The position numbers and the translations under genes are program-made. Shown piece by piece: positions 13,101-25,192 of a stretch of 64,000 nucleotides of DNA. The notes beneath the pieces are model-generated. The model worked only from the letters and a program-made list of their open reading frames with translations, had not been told where the DNA came from and did not search any database. This DNA is from Paramecium tetraurelia (lineage: Eukaryota): the NCBI GenBank assembly GCA_000165425.1, contig CT868056.1, forward strand, positions 1 through 64,000. The letters run 5' to 3'. The first letter of the stretch is position 1. Each line of letters opens with the position of its first letter.

Positions 13101-15135
13101 GAAAATGCTAAACAATCTCAGTCAAGTGGAACTTCAGATCGAACTTAAATGTCGGTTTTTAATATTTTAAAAAATTTACAATACTCTTAGCGATATTAAA
13201 CAACTCTTATTAAAGTCTTTATAAACACATTATTCCTCTTTATAATCCTCTTATTCCTAATAGTTCTTCAATTAGTCATATCAAGAAGTAACACCAATAA
13301 TTTATAATATTAAATTCCTCTTGTTGGATTACCAGATGAATTCAGTAGAATTTATAATACATTTACTGTTCTTGGTCAAATGGATATAGAAATTAAGATT
13401 TTGAATATGTCGCATGGAGTTTATTATGATCATCGTATAGAGGTAGATAGCACTATTTTGAGAGAAAATTTGTTAACTTTGATTGTGGAAATTGAAAAAG
13501 AGTTTTCAAAATTGGAATAATAAGGTAAGCTAAATTAAGCGTAAGTAAAGATTGTTACCGAATATAGCTTTGATTCATATAATATCTCGATATTATAATT
13601 TAACTAAATGGTAAATGAATATACAGAAGCTTTAGATTAACTTTTTGATTATGATAACTAATAAGATGTCGTTAATGAATAAATTAGATTAATGTTCTTC
13701 AAAGCCAATTTAAATAACTTATTAGATTTCGTTAGTAATTTAATCAATAATATTGTAAATGAATTTTTCACTAATATTGAAAATTATGAATTGCTTTACT
13801 TAATCTTTTTATTCATAGAGTTGCTTATCATTATTGTCGCTATTTTAATGCAATTCAATCTTTGGGTTGATCCTTATGTCTATAAACAGAAAATTCTGCT
13901 AATGATTTAAAGAGTACAAGAGAAGGAAATAGATTTATTGTTACTAAAATATAAGACTTTTAAGGAAATTTTGTTAAATGATATTAACAAATGGAAGTAA
14001 GTTAACTACTTTAAAGAGTTCTTCACTTGTAGAATTTCATAATTGAGAAAAATACAGAATTTAAAATAATAACACGAAATCAATAAAAAATAACAAAAGT
14101 TGTAATAAAGAGCTAAAATCAATACAAGAATTCAAGAAACTCAGTATTCAGTAATTCATATTTATTTTATGTTACTTTTTCTATGGTTAGTTATGACATC
14201 GTTTGTATTATCCTCATATTTGTACCAATACATTAACATTACAAATTCTTATCCAGAACTTAATTTGTGCATGCAGTTTGTAAGATTTAAATAAGAATTT
14301 GATGCTACCATGATTATCAGTTAATTAATGAAAAACGCGCCATTATTAAATTAAAACTAAATTGAAAGTGGAATTTTTAATAAGAAATCCTGAGTACTTA
14401 AAAAAGGATGGATTTTTTAATACGAACAACTTTTTATTATTGAATCAATTCAAAAGCAGTTATGAAGCAGGAAAAAATTATTATTCGAGTATATATTAGA
14501 ATATTGTGGCTTCCAAAAAAATAAGTGAAGCTAATAAGAATTTATTATTAGGATTATATTAAAATGATTTATGTATTCATATTGCTTAAAAACTGCCTTT
14601 TTGCTCCTATGAAAACGGTAAATTCACATATTTTCCCAATTACCCTAAACCAGAAGAAATCAACAATAATAGAGAACGTCTAAAACAAGGATTCAATGGA
14701 ATTTATCAAGAGTATATTTATAAATATAAATTATTTAGGGTCTCAGCTTTGTTTTCTAGCAAATTTATTAAAGAACTTAATGGAGAGTTAGAAACCAATA
14801 CTGATGAAATTAAAAACTTTTTACTCACACCAGAATATTCATAAATCCTGTTGCCTTATTTTTATGATTTAAACAAGGCTATAGAGTTATTTTATGATAC
14901 AATCATAGCTACATCGGTAGACATTTTAGAAGTGGATTATCAAAATTATCTGATCTATACTATTCTATATGGGTTTAGTGTATCCTCTATGTTGTTTTAC
15001 GTAATCATTTACAACTCAAGGAGATTGCAAAGATAAATCAGAGCAATTCGACAAGCATTAATATTATTACCACATGAGAGTTTATTGGATGTTTAAGTTT
15101 ATAGCGCTATAAAAAGATTTGAATAAGGAATGTGA
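10149..15135 (+). CDS. Large multi-pass membrane protein with a PAS-like domain (TmcB/TmcC-like architecture); apparent +1 frameshift near 14375
   Basis: N-terminal TM cluster; PAS-like IAKFFGYENEKDFLNIISIEQLMPPYIQQSHDTLLRKYL (~11870-11990); further C-terminal TM helices. In-frame TGA at 14391 with the ORF continuing in the +1 frame. Intron ~14712-14738. Confidence 0.75.
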
Positions 15136-15289
15136 AATATAATTAATATTTAATGAAATAAAATTTAATTATTTAATAGTATGCTTTTTCGGAAAAAAAA
15201 ATTTGAGGACCTATTACACAATAAATTATTATGAATAATTATTAAATATTATTAGATGATCCAATAGGAATAAGAAAATATAAAATGAC

Positions 15290-16692
15290 TCAATTTAATG
15301 TTGATAACAAAAGAAATCTAAAATATAAGTATTAAATACTTCTTGGTTTGTAGATGTGAATATTTAAAGTATAGAGTCTAATCACCATCAAAAATTTCAT
15401 TCTTCTGATAACTAATTAAATCAGTTTCATAATCGATGTTATCATTCGAACACTGTCTGGAAGTCTAATATTAGGGATTGAGAGATAGACATTATAAACT
15501 TCCTAAGAATATATATATAATTGACCTTAAAGTGATGCAACAGTTAGTCTCTTTTATTCTTCTCTACCGTTGAATGTGTTTCTACTGGATATTTAAGGAG
15601 GAGGAGCCAACAAATTGAAGGAACTAAAATTTAAATTAAAGTGTACTTTTATTAGAATAAAATTCCTGATAGTTATTTTTCAATTGATTTTTTCATTTCA
15701 ACTGAATTATGTGGAATCAATGAATCAAAATTAGTAGATGACCTTAATTCGGTCCAATCGTAATAGCCATCCAAATTGAGCTTTAATGAGTCGGCTGCCT
15801 TCTTCAATTCAAAGGTAATCATCTTGTAATTTGGATCAGCCTTGAAGGACAATTAGCGTATGTAGCTTTGTTATTTTTAAGAATTACTCAAATATCTTTT
15901 GAAACTCTTTTGGTTGATCTCTAAATATCTCCAACTACATTAGTATCTTCATTTCTCCAACTTTCTTTGTTCTTTCCGAATCTGTAACATTTTACAAATT
16001 CTGCCAAGGCAACTGTCTTGATATTAAAATAATAATACCCTCTTATAAAATAGAGTATGATGTACATTATTGATTCTAGATCATCCTTTCTACTCAATTC
16101 ATGGCCTAAATGGGCTGCTATGGATGCATAACGAGTAGTTCCTAGAAATGATCTTTATTCACGGAAGGGACTAAGGTTACCATTACATATACATATGATG
16201 GTTATTGGCATCTTTGTAGGCTTTGCTTATTCCGAAATCGATTAAGTATATTTTGCCATTGTCTTTTCCAGATCCCAAAACAATATTTTCTGGCTTGAGA
16301 TCTCGATGTACAACACCTTATTAATGTATTTTCTCCAGCACATCAATTAATTAGATCCCTATCAATAAAGCAGTCTTCAGTGTAAAACGTTTCAGCTACT
16401 TAAAATGGTATGAAAGATCTTTCCCTAACATCTACATGACCAAGACGTTTTAACCATGCTCCTCTCCAAACCATAGCAATTGTGGAACTCCTTCGAGAGT
16501 GCCTAATCGCTTGAATATTTGAACTTCTCTATCTAGTGATCTAACTTCCTCATTTTCTTTTCTTTCAATCTTTATTGCTACTTCCTGTTTATTAATTTAA
16601 TCGAGTCCTTAATAAACGATTCCGAAAGACCCAGATGATAATTTCTTGTGAACTATAAATTAATTGTTGAAGATTTTGTTCTAAAGTAGCAT
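15290..16692 (-). CDS. CK1: Casein kinase 1 family Ser/Thr kinase
   Basis: KKLSSGSFGIVY, VAIKIE, LGKDL, HRDLKPENI, IDFGISK, FLGTTRYASIAAHLGHELSRKDDLES. Confidence 0.92.
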
Positions 16693-16773
16693 AAATATTT
16701 ATATTAAAAGATCAATTGTTTTTAAATACTATCTTTATTTCAAATTTAATTAATTGAATACGAAAATAAAATA

Positions 16774-18038
16774 ATGGATTATTATGAGGCTTAATTAGAG
16801 GAAAAGGAGTAGATGCTTTAAAAGGCAGCTCAAGTTATTGAAAGTTTAAAATTAGATGTAACTAAATTCAATCAACAATAAATTAGTTTGAAAACTTATT
16901 AATCCAATATCAAAAATCTGAGGCAGAGAAAACTTAAATCAAAGCTTCCTTCTCGAATTGGGATCAGATGCAATAATTTGAACAACTCAAACTCTTATTG
17001 ACTCAAGAGGTTATTAATTTTCATCCTGAATAATTCAAAACTCCATTTACTCAATTTAACTATAAAAATGAATTAGAATTATCACTCTAAAGAGAAGCCA
17101 AATTCAAAGATTTTCTTTTATCTATGAATGAAAATGTTAAACTTCTAATAGATGCTTACTCCAAATGCATTGATGAACCAATCACTTAAGGAATATAATA
17201 AATTTTGTTTGAATTTGAAATTTGGGATAAATGCCAAGAATAAAACAGTGTTTTATAATTGCAAATTGCAGAACATCAAATTCTTACTTATACTAAATAA
17301 ATTTCTACTCATTAAGAAATGTCTAATATTTATAATCAATTAATAGAATATGACTAATAAAAAGAACTCTCAAATTAAGAATGTTTTTAAAATCAACAAT
17401 TATAACAGATATTAAATGCCATACAAGAAAACACGCAGGTAACTTAAAAAATGGCGTTGAAGATTGCCGAACAGCAAGCAAAAATAAAAGAAAATGCTTA
17501 AGAGATTGTTGAACTTAAAAAGTAAATAGAAGAATTGCAATTGCTCAATCAATAAATAAACAATCAGAAAGAAGAATTGCAATAAACTTTTAATTAGTCT
17601 AAATAATAGCAATCCAAATTATAGCAGTAAGCAATTGAATATTTACAAATGATTGATGAATATGAAAGAATTTTTAATTCAGAAAAAGTAGATGGAGAGG
17701 AATATAACAAAGTTACTGAATTATTTGAATAATCCTTAATTGATCTAGAGAACTTGTAAACTAAATATGAAAAAAAAGAACTCTAAGCCATTGATTTACA
17801 GTAATAATTAAAATGTAAACAATTACAATTCGATAACACCCTAAAAGAGATCAAAGAACTACTTGACAAATATTAACTCTAAAAATAAGAGAGTATTCTT
17901 CATAAGATATATTAAATTTGCAATAAAGGAAAATCTAACTGTTAAAATGTTCCTCCAAATTAACTTTTACTATAACTTTCAAAATCACTTTAAAAAAGAA
18001 GTGCTACTCCTTAGAATGCATAAAAGATTATTAATTGA
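16774..18038 (+). CDS. Coiled-coil protein, unknown function
   Basis: MDYYEAQLEEKEQMLQKAAQVIESLK... E/Q/K/L-rich frame under code 6, ending TGA at 18036-18038. Confidence 0.7.
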
Positions 18039-18083
18039 TATTTACTATACAACTTGATATTTATTTATATATTTTAATTTATT

Positions 18084-19585
18084 ATGAACACATTAAGCTC
18101 TAATCCTAAAAAAACAATGTTTTACGCTGCTGCATAAAGTAATTTACTATCAAATTTTAGATATGTTAAATTCGAACCAATCCTCAATGCAAAACCTTAA
18201 ACGCAGCTTGTTTTAATTAGCCTTGTTTCCATCAAGCCATCAAAAGGATCAATTAAATTTGTCTCTAAACAATAACTCTGATCGAGCATAAGCAAACTAT
18301 TCTCTCCCAAGAAAAAGCAATATATTCTAAAATGATAGGGATCGATCGTTATCTTATAAATAAAATATTTCAATGGAATAAAATGGATCAGTAGAGAGAT
18401 TATAAAATGCCTATAATATTAAGGGACATTTTTAATTGATGAATGAAGATCCAAATTAAATAGTAGAGAAAGAATAAAAAAAATTAGAGTATTCTTATTG
18501 AATTATGTCCCAATAGGTTGAAGGAATATTTATTAAAACAAATTGAAGAAAAAAAGAACCAACAGAAATATGAATAAGAAAGGAAAAGAATCGAAGATGC
18601 TAAGGCCGAGTAACTTGTAAAGAAACAATTAGAAGAGATGAGAGCCAGATAGCATTCTAAATTTGAAAATTCAAATATATAGTAATCTTAAGGTAGTATT
18701 TGGTTGATATATTATTATATAAGAAAAACCCAGCATAATCAATATAAACAAAGGCAATATAATAATAATCTATGTCACCTTAGAAAGAAGGCATATTCAT
18801 GTAAATCTATAAGCAAAAACAATAAAATTTAGTCTCATAGCAGACTGACATCCTTTAAAAAATTAATCATCTCCAAGTAAAAATTAATTTTACATTTAGA
18901 ATGATATCAAATCTCTATAAATTACTTAATAATAATAAAATGATGTAAACTCAGTGAGAAATAATATTAAACTAATGATGAAGAAACAAAGCTCTATGAA
19001 TCCTGAACAAATTAACAAAATTTAGAAAAAAGATGTTTAATAATTGAAGGACAGATAATTGGATTGTGAGACAATCTTCATTCCTGCTAACTTAAAATTG
19101 AACACTGATGTTGATATCTTATAATAAAATGAAAATACTGTTTAAGATGTAAATAAATCAACTAACAGTTTGAATTTTACAAAAAGCTCGTAAAATTAAT
19201 TAATTTTAAATAACACATCTGTAATTAGCAATTAACTCAATAACATTTCTTTATAATAAGTCAATAATTAAATAGTAAACCACTCAAGACTCACTATCAG
19301 TTAGATATCTTCTAGAAATAGGTCGTTATCATATGAGAAATAAGTTTTACCTGAAGCCATATAAATAGACAACACCCAAGAAGAAACTAAATTAGTTTAA
19401 AAACAAAAAAAGGTAAAATTATTATGCTTAAATTTAGCCTAAATAAAATAATTTGTAATTAAAACTTCCACATAGAACAACGATGTTGATGTAGATTCCT
19501 TCAAAAAAGTAAATATGTTAAATTATGGATTAGCTAAATTTAAACTTAAAAATCAGAAGAACCAAAATCATCCTAAAGAAATTGA
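18084..19585 (+). CDS. Low-complexity Q/N/S-rich hypothetical protein with a short coiled coil
   Basis: MNTLSSNPKKTMFYAAAQ, 22-nt intron, then open frame with further short introns. 3' end approximate. Confidence 0.6.
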
Positions 19586-19653
19586 TTATATATTAATCTA
19601 AAATAAATAAATCACAATTAAAAGATATAAATACTATATATGTTCACTCTAAC

Positions 19654-20844
19654 TCATTTTTTTTTAATTTTAGGAGTTCCATGATTTGAAACACAAATTT
19701 AACTTGGAGTAAGATGTCTTGATCTTAAACTCCTCATGGAACTCTTTAAATCTTCGAAATTCTTCGAGCTATTTGCTAAATTAGTTCTACCCTTTACAAA
19801 AAAGTTTTGATGCTAATTCAAATGAATTGCTTTTTTCTTTTAATTACTGCCATTAATAGTCATTTTAGTAGAGAACATTTTCTTGGCTAATTCAATGAGT
19901 AACTCATTTTATTGAGGTGTATTTCGAGCTGTAGTTAAGCAAGATTTAGTGAATTCAATGTTTCCAAGTGATGCTTATCTTTATTTTAATTAAGGTGGTT
20001 TTTTTATAGTTTAAGCTTGGTTATCAGCTTTAGAGGGTTATTTATGAGCTGAAGATTGCCTGGATGTTTGAATGGGTTTTACAATACGTTAAGTTAAGGG
20101 AGGAGAGTTGATTTGTTTTGTTTATTTTAATTACATTTCAATAGTTTTCTTTAAGGTTCCTTGACAATGTTAATATATGAGTCTTTAAGCCTCTTGGGAT
20201 GGCTTAAATTAATTTTGAATTTGTTTGTTTTGATTAAAAATTTAAAATGGTTTTGGTTTAGTTTTTGGTTCGCCTATCATTTGGACTAGGTCTTTGAGAA
20301 CAGTTGTATTACTGATTCTGGAGATATCGGTAGATTAAAGTTTGAGGTCTTTTAATAAATACTTGAGTTGACTAACAGAGCAATCGTCAGAGGAATCCTT
20401 GACTTTGGTAGGAGTCTATTGTTTTGCTTCCTCATAGAGTCCTAGTTCAATTTTCACTTTGCAATATTAGATTTCTCTGACTTTCTCCATTCTTTTATTT
20501 ATAACCTTACAATGAAAGTTTCTTGGGATATTAATGTGGTATTTATAATATTCCAATAAAGAAGGAATTCTATCATCACTTTCAAAATATCTATAAAATC
20601 TTTTGTAATGATATTATTATTTTCATTACCTTCGCATGAATTCCTTTTCCTCTCCGATCTAGGCATTATCTTTGTTCCGAATAGTAGATTTTACTTACTT
20701 ATCCTCCAAAATATCATTAATGTCTTTTTCATAAAAAAAGTTTTATGACTGTGAGTACTTGGAATACAAAGCTCTTTTGAGAATTAACTGAAAAGATCCG
20801 TCAGTGGCTAATTTTTGGCAAAACATGCATTATTTAACTTACAT
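19654..20844 (-). CDS. Uncharacterised protein, same family as 8082-9945
   Basis: MQVKQCMFCQKLATDGSFQLILKRALYSKYSQSQNFFYEKDINDILED...LLEYYKYHINIPRNF. Confidence 0.72.
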
Positions 20845-20885
20845 TTATATTTTAATTATTTTTATATATATCGTAATATAAAACA

Positions 20886-21756
20886 TCAAACATCCTTACC
20901 TAGGATGCCAAGAGTATTTTGAATGGTTCTAATGACTGATCTTAAATCGTCAACAACTTTATCTTGTTAATCGAATCTATTATTAATCTCATCCTCAATA
21001 TTATCAATTTATAAATGGAATTCTTTAACAGTGTTGTTTCTGAATCCCTCTGAATATCGATTCTCAGATTATAATGAATGATTAATATTTTTAATCAACT
21101 CTTGATGTTTCTATTCCTTCTCAACAGCTTCATTCTTGATTGCTTGATCAATCGATTATGAAGTGTCTTTGATTGTATTTAATATTTTTTTTTCATTTGC
21201 CACTCTTGTTTGCTTCTCCAATTCGAAATTCCCAAACAATTCTAACTTATAATCAAATATCCATACAATCAATTGATTTTTAGATGTTCTCAATATTTTC
21301 CTTCTCTGTCCTTATTCTATCCAATTTCTCTTACTCTATGGCTGAGTCTAATTTCACTATGTCAGAATCAAGAGTAGTCAATTTGGCATTTGTGAGTGTC
21401 TTAAATGTTACATGTTATTCATTGTGCCTATTCTCCAAGTCTATTGAAATGAAATGAAATTGTAACTTGAGATATTTGTATTGTTTGTTTTTTGAAATGC
21501 CTATATCTTTCCATTCAATTCTACAGCCAATTTAACAAACATCTATTTTGTTTAAGTGATTTTGCTATTAAATTATTAGATACAGAGAGTACTCATAAAC
21601 TTCATCAAACTTAGCTTGCAAATCTGCCTTGGCTTATTCTCGATTCTTTTTCATGATTTCATAATCCTGCTGCAGTTGGACGATATCTTTATCGAGTGGC
21701 TTGAGATTGCCTGTTATTTTAAATGTATTTGTAGTAAGTGCAGCTGTTGTCTCCAT
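20886..21756 (-). CDS. SF-assemblin / beta-giardin-like striated-fibre protein
   Basis: About 270-aa segmented coiled coil ending IEDEINNRFDQQDKVVDDLRSVIRTIQNTLGILGKDV, resembling the SF-assemblin C-terminus. Confidence 0.65.
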
Positions 21757-21799
21757 TACAAAATATTATATTTTATATATAATAATCAATAATCGCGTT

Positions 21800-23263
21800 T
21801 CATTGTAAAATCAAATATATAGAAATTATTAACAGAATAACAAGAGATATGATAACACCGTATTACAATATATCTTCTGTATCGTCAACCTTAGGTTCAA
21901 AATGATTAAGCTTAGTTAAAATGGTTTCCTATGTCTAGATAGGTGAATCTAGCTCAGTTTCTCCAAGTTGTATTAATTGAGATCTAGGTAAGATCTACAT
22001 TTAAATCAATTCCATTTTAGATGCTGAAAAAGATGAATAATTTTTAGTTATTCCCACAGTACTTTATTTAAGTTTATCTAATTTAGGTATGATCTCATCA
22101 TCACTGGGTAATTCTAAGTGACCTTGATCGTATTCATAATGTTTTTCTGATGATTTCAACATATTACTGATATCCCAAAGATACTTATCATTTAATTCTT
22201 ACAATGAATATTAAACAAAATTTGGATCCTTAGAAAATCTACTTATTGCTAATTTTAAGGTACTATTGCATTATTCTGGATCTGCATTCTAAAATGTCAT
22301 GATCAAATAATAACATTCTATTGAATCTAATAAAATAATTACAATCAGGTTTGTGATACTTTCCATGCCATTCTGCTCTCGAATTTACTTATTCAATGAA
22401 TAGCGAATTTTGCTGAGGTTACTTAGATTTTGATTTGAGTAGTTTCTCAATATTATTGATTGATTGGGTAAATGCCTATTTGGAACCTCTTCGAAGTTGA
22501 AATATGATTTTATCCAATTTGACACTGTAAATTGCAAATCCTCTATAAACTCCAAACTCAATATATTCTCTATCTGTAGTTTTGGTTTGAGCTAGATCTC
22601 TCTAAATTAAATAGGTTAATAAAATACTGTATCATTTTTGGATGGTTATTATTGAATATTCGATCTGAATGAACTTTAAGGGTTGGATCTATATTTATGA
22701 TCAGATATTATATACTTAAAAGAATTAAAGGTTATGATCTTGCTGCCAGCTTATTCATCATCTGATGGATTGCCCATAATTCCCTCATTTTCAATGTATT
22801 CGTTTTCCAATTTGTCTATCAGTTTTCTGATTTCTGTTCTTTTCAGTTGATCCAATTATTCAGAAGTTAACTACTTATATTAACAAATTACATGGTAGTA
22901 ATTAGGGATGGTGGATACTAGTTTAATTATTTGATTTAAAGCATCATCCACTAATTGTATGTTGCTTTGAGGGAAAAGCATGAACATGAAAAAACACTCT
23001 AGAAATTAGCATGTATTTCAATTACTTTGATGTTAATCCAATATTCCAAGCCATTCCGAATAGGCATTCTTGTAATTTAATTGTTTAGATAGAGTTGAAA
23101 AACACTTCTCAGCTTATTCCTTGACATCTTGATAAGAAGATTCATAGGACTTGTTGCAGCGTCTTTTCTGAACGTGAGTAAATTCTTATCGACTGCAATT
23201 GTAAATGGCGAAACACCTATAGACTTTGCCTCTATTCTTGACGTTCTCCCTTATTAAGCTCAT
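21800..23263 (-). CDS. Tail-anchored protein with two tandem longin-like repeats
   Basis: Repeat 1 starts VYRCFAIYN, repeat 2 starts VYRGFAIYS. C-terminal TM YGVIISLVILLIISIYLILQ-stop. Four short introns. Confidence 0.65.
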
Positions 23264-23440
23264 TAAATTTATTGTTTATACAAAGTTGTTTAACAAAATT
23301 GAATATATTTATATAGAAACATTCGTTAGTTGAGGTTGAGATCAAAGAACTATCAAGTAAAATGATTATAATCCAAGTTTAGATTAATAATTAAGTAAAT
23401 TAAAGAAAATGCATATATAACATAAACTTAAGCTTTAGTT

Positions 23441-24619
23441 TCAAATATTGTGTATTCTTTACTTGAATTAGTGTTCCTGAGTCATCGATCTTAGTTGATT
23501 CTTCAAGCCTTGAGTGTTCTGCACTTTGTTCATATCCAGATATTGATGAGGGTTGTTTAAAGCGTCTAAGATGAATTTATCCCACATTGAACTCGGAATC
23601 TTTCTCTGAAGCATCTCCTTATGTAGAATACACAAAGGTATTTTTTGAGATGGGTGAGTGTTGGGTAATTTTGTTTTCTAAGCTAAACACTTCGAATAGA
23701 ATATCCTTTATTGCTAATTCTATTGATTTGAGTTATTAAGATCACTATCATTTTAGTTTGCCTCACTTTCATCTAATTAGGACGTTGATATCTTAGTCAA
23801 GATCTCACTTTTCATATCATACATTTGACTTCTATCTTAGCTACCTGAGAACTTGGTGATTATGGTAGGTCTTCCATAAGGAGAATTCTAAAATGATGAT
23901 GGAGGTGGCAATTGTGAATTTCTATTCTATTCTGAAGGCAATTGAGAACCTCTGCTGTATTCTGAAGGCTATTAGAAAAAATAAGAGGATGATTATGATT
24001 GGCTGTTGTAATTGTTGCCTAATTATTTACCATTCACATTGCTTGGTTATTTAGTATTCGTTTGGTTGATGTTGTGCTTTTGAACATCGACTCTAGGAGT
24101 ACGAATCTCCTTTTCTAATTGGGTTTGCTTTTACAATCCCAAAGAATGCAATCTTTCCAAATACAAGGCTATAGCCAATGAACCACGGTAAGATTCTGTC
24201 ATTGTTCGTAACTCTTAATTTAAATCCTGCAATTTTCTGAATTCAATTTGGTTATTGTTTTGGATTGTCTATATTTATTCACACATTTCATCTGCTCTAA
24301 TCAAATATTTGCTGTTCTCTTATTTCGATTCTTTTGCATTTAATTACTATATGGAATCTCTCAGCTTTGAGATCTTGAAATTGATTTCATCTAGAATCCT
24401 ATTCGATTTTAGTACTGCTGTCACATTCTTTGAAACACTTAGACATTTCATTGTATGTTGATCGATCTCATTTATCGGAATCAGATTCTCGCAATTCATG
24501 CAAGGAACTGAATATATAGTTGATGCACTAACTTTTGGTGCTCTGTATTGCTAATCAAGATTCTTAGTACTCTAACTATGAGGCTTTGCTGATCTTTAAG
24601 AAAAATAATCAGTTTGCAT
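23441..24619 (-). CDS. Hypothetical protein with an N-terminal C2HC (UBZ4/Rad18-pattern) zinc finger
   Basis: PCMNCENLIPINEIDQHTMKC = C-x2-C-x11-H-x3-C; S/Q-rich middle; helical C-terminal block FYSKCLAQKTKLPNTHPSQKIP...WDKFI. Confidence 0.7.
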
Positions 24620-24699
24620 TATATTAATTTTAATATACACAGATTTCTATCTATATTTATACATTCCAATAATGTCCAATCACTCAAATAAGTACAATG

Positions 24700-25185
24700 T
24701 CCAAACAATCCAACATTATTCAACAACAACCATCCTATTTCTTTTCCACTTTTTTATTTTACATTGCAGCATTCCAATTTAAGCTTTACGGTTTTGGAAT
24801 TTCCTAATCTTATTGTTGATATTGCACATCTTCTATTAGTGCTTATTGTTGTAACAAAGCCAAATAACCTATTCTTGATGTCATATCACAAACAACAATA
24901 GCACCAATGGATCTAAGCTAATTAAGAGCGAGAACTCTCTTTTATAGGAGCGTGTAATCGATTTAAATGCTTCTTATTACCCACCAGTATCCCAAAGCTA
25001 CAACCTTATAGTCATATCGTTGATTACAAGATTTGTATTTTAAAATTCTACACATCTTAGTCTTATTTGAAACTTGAATTAACGATTTAGAAGTGTAGAC
25101 AACTTTTGCCCACACCCTGAATGGGATGGGATTTACACTAAGCGGCAACGAGAATTAATTTCAAAATATAATGATAATTGTTTAT
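24700..25185 (-). pseudogene. Degenerate Rab GTPase (Rab2-like) pseudogene
   Basis: YHYILKLILVAAQ / GVGKSCL / [frameshift, switch I partly deleted] VEFQNTNLVINDMTIRLQLWDTGGQQEAFKSITRSY / SIGAIVVCDMTSR. No ATG and no NKxD found. Confidence 0.8.
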
Positions 25186-25192
25186 TATAATA

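Noticed and set aside
14391..14393. In-frame TGA as selenocysteine or read-through
   Set aside because: That frame closes again within about 25 codons; the long continuation is in the +1 frame.
24963..25148. 61-aa track ORF or a GC-richer ncRNA
   Set aside because: Explained as an off-frame reading of the Rab pseudogene.
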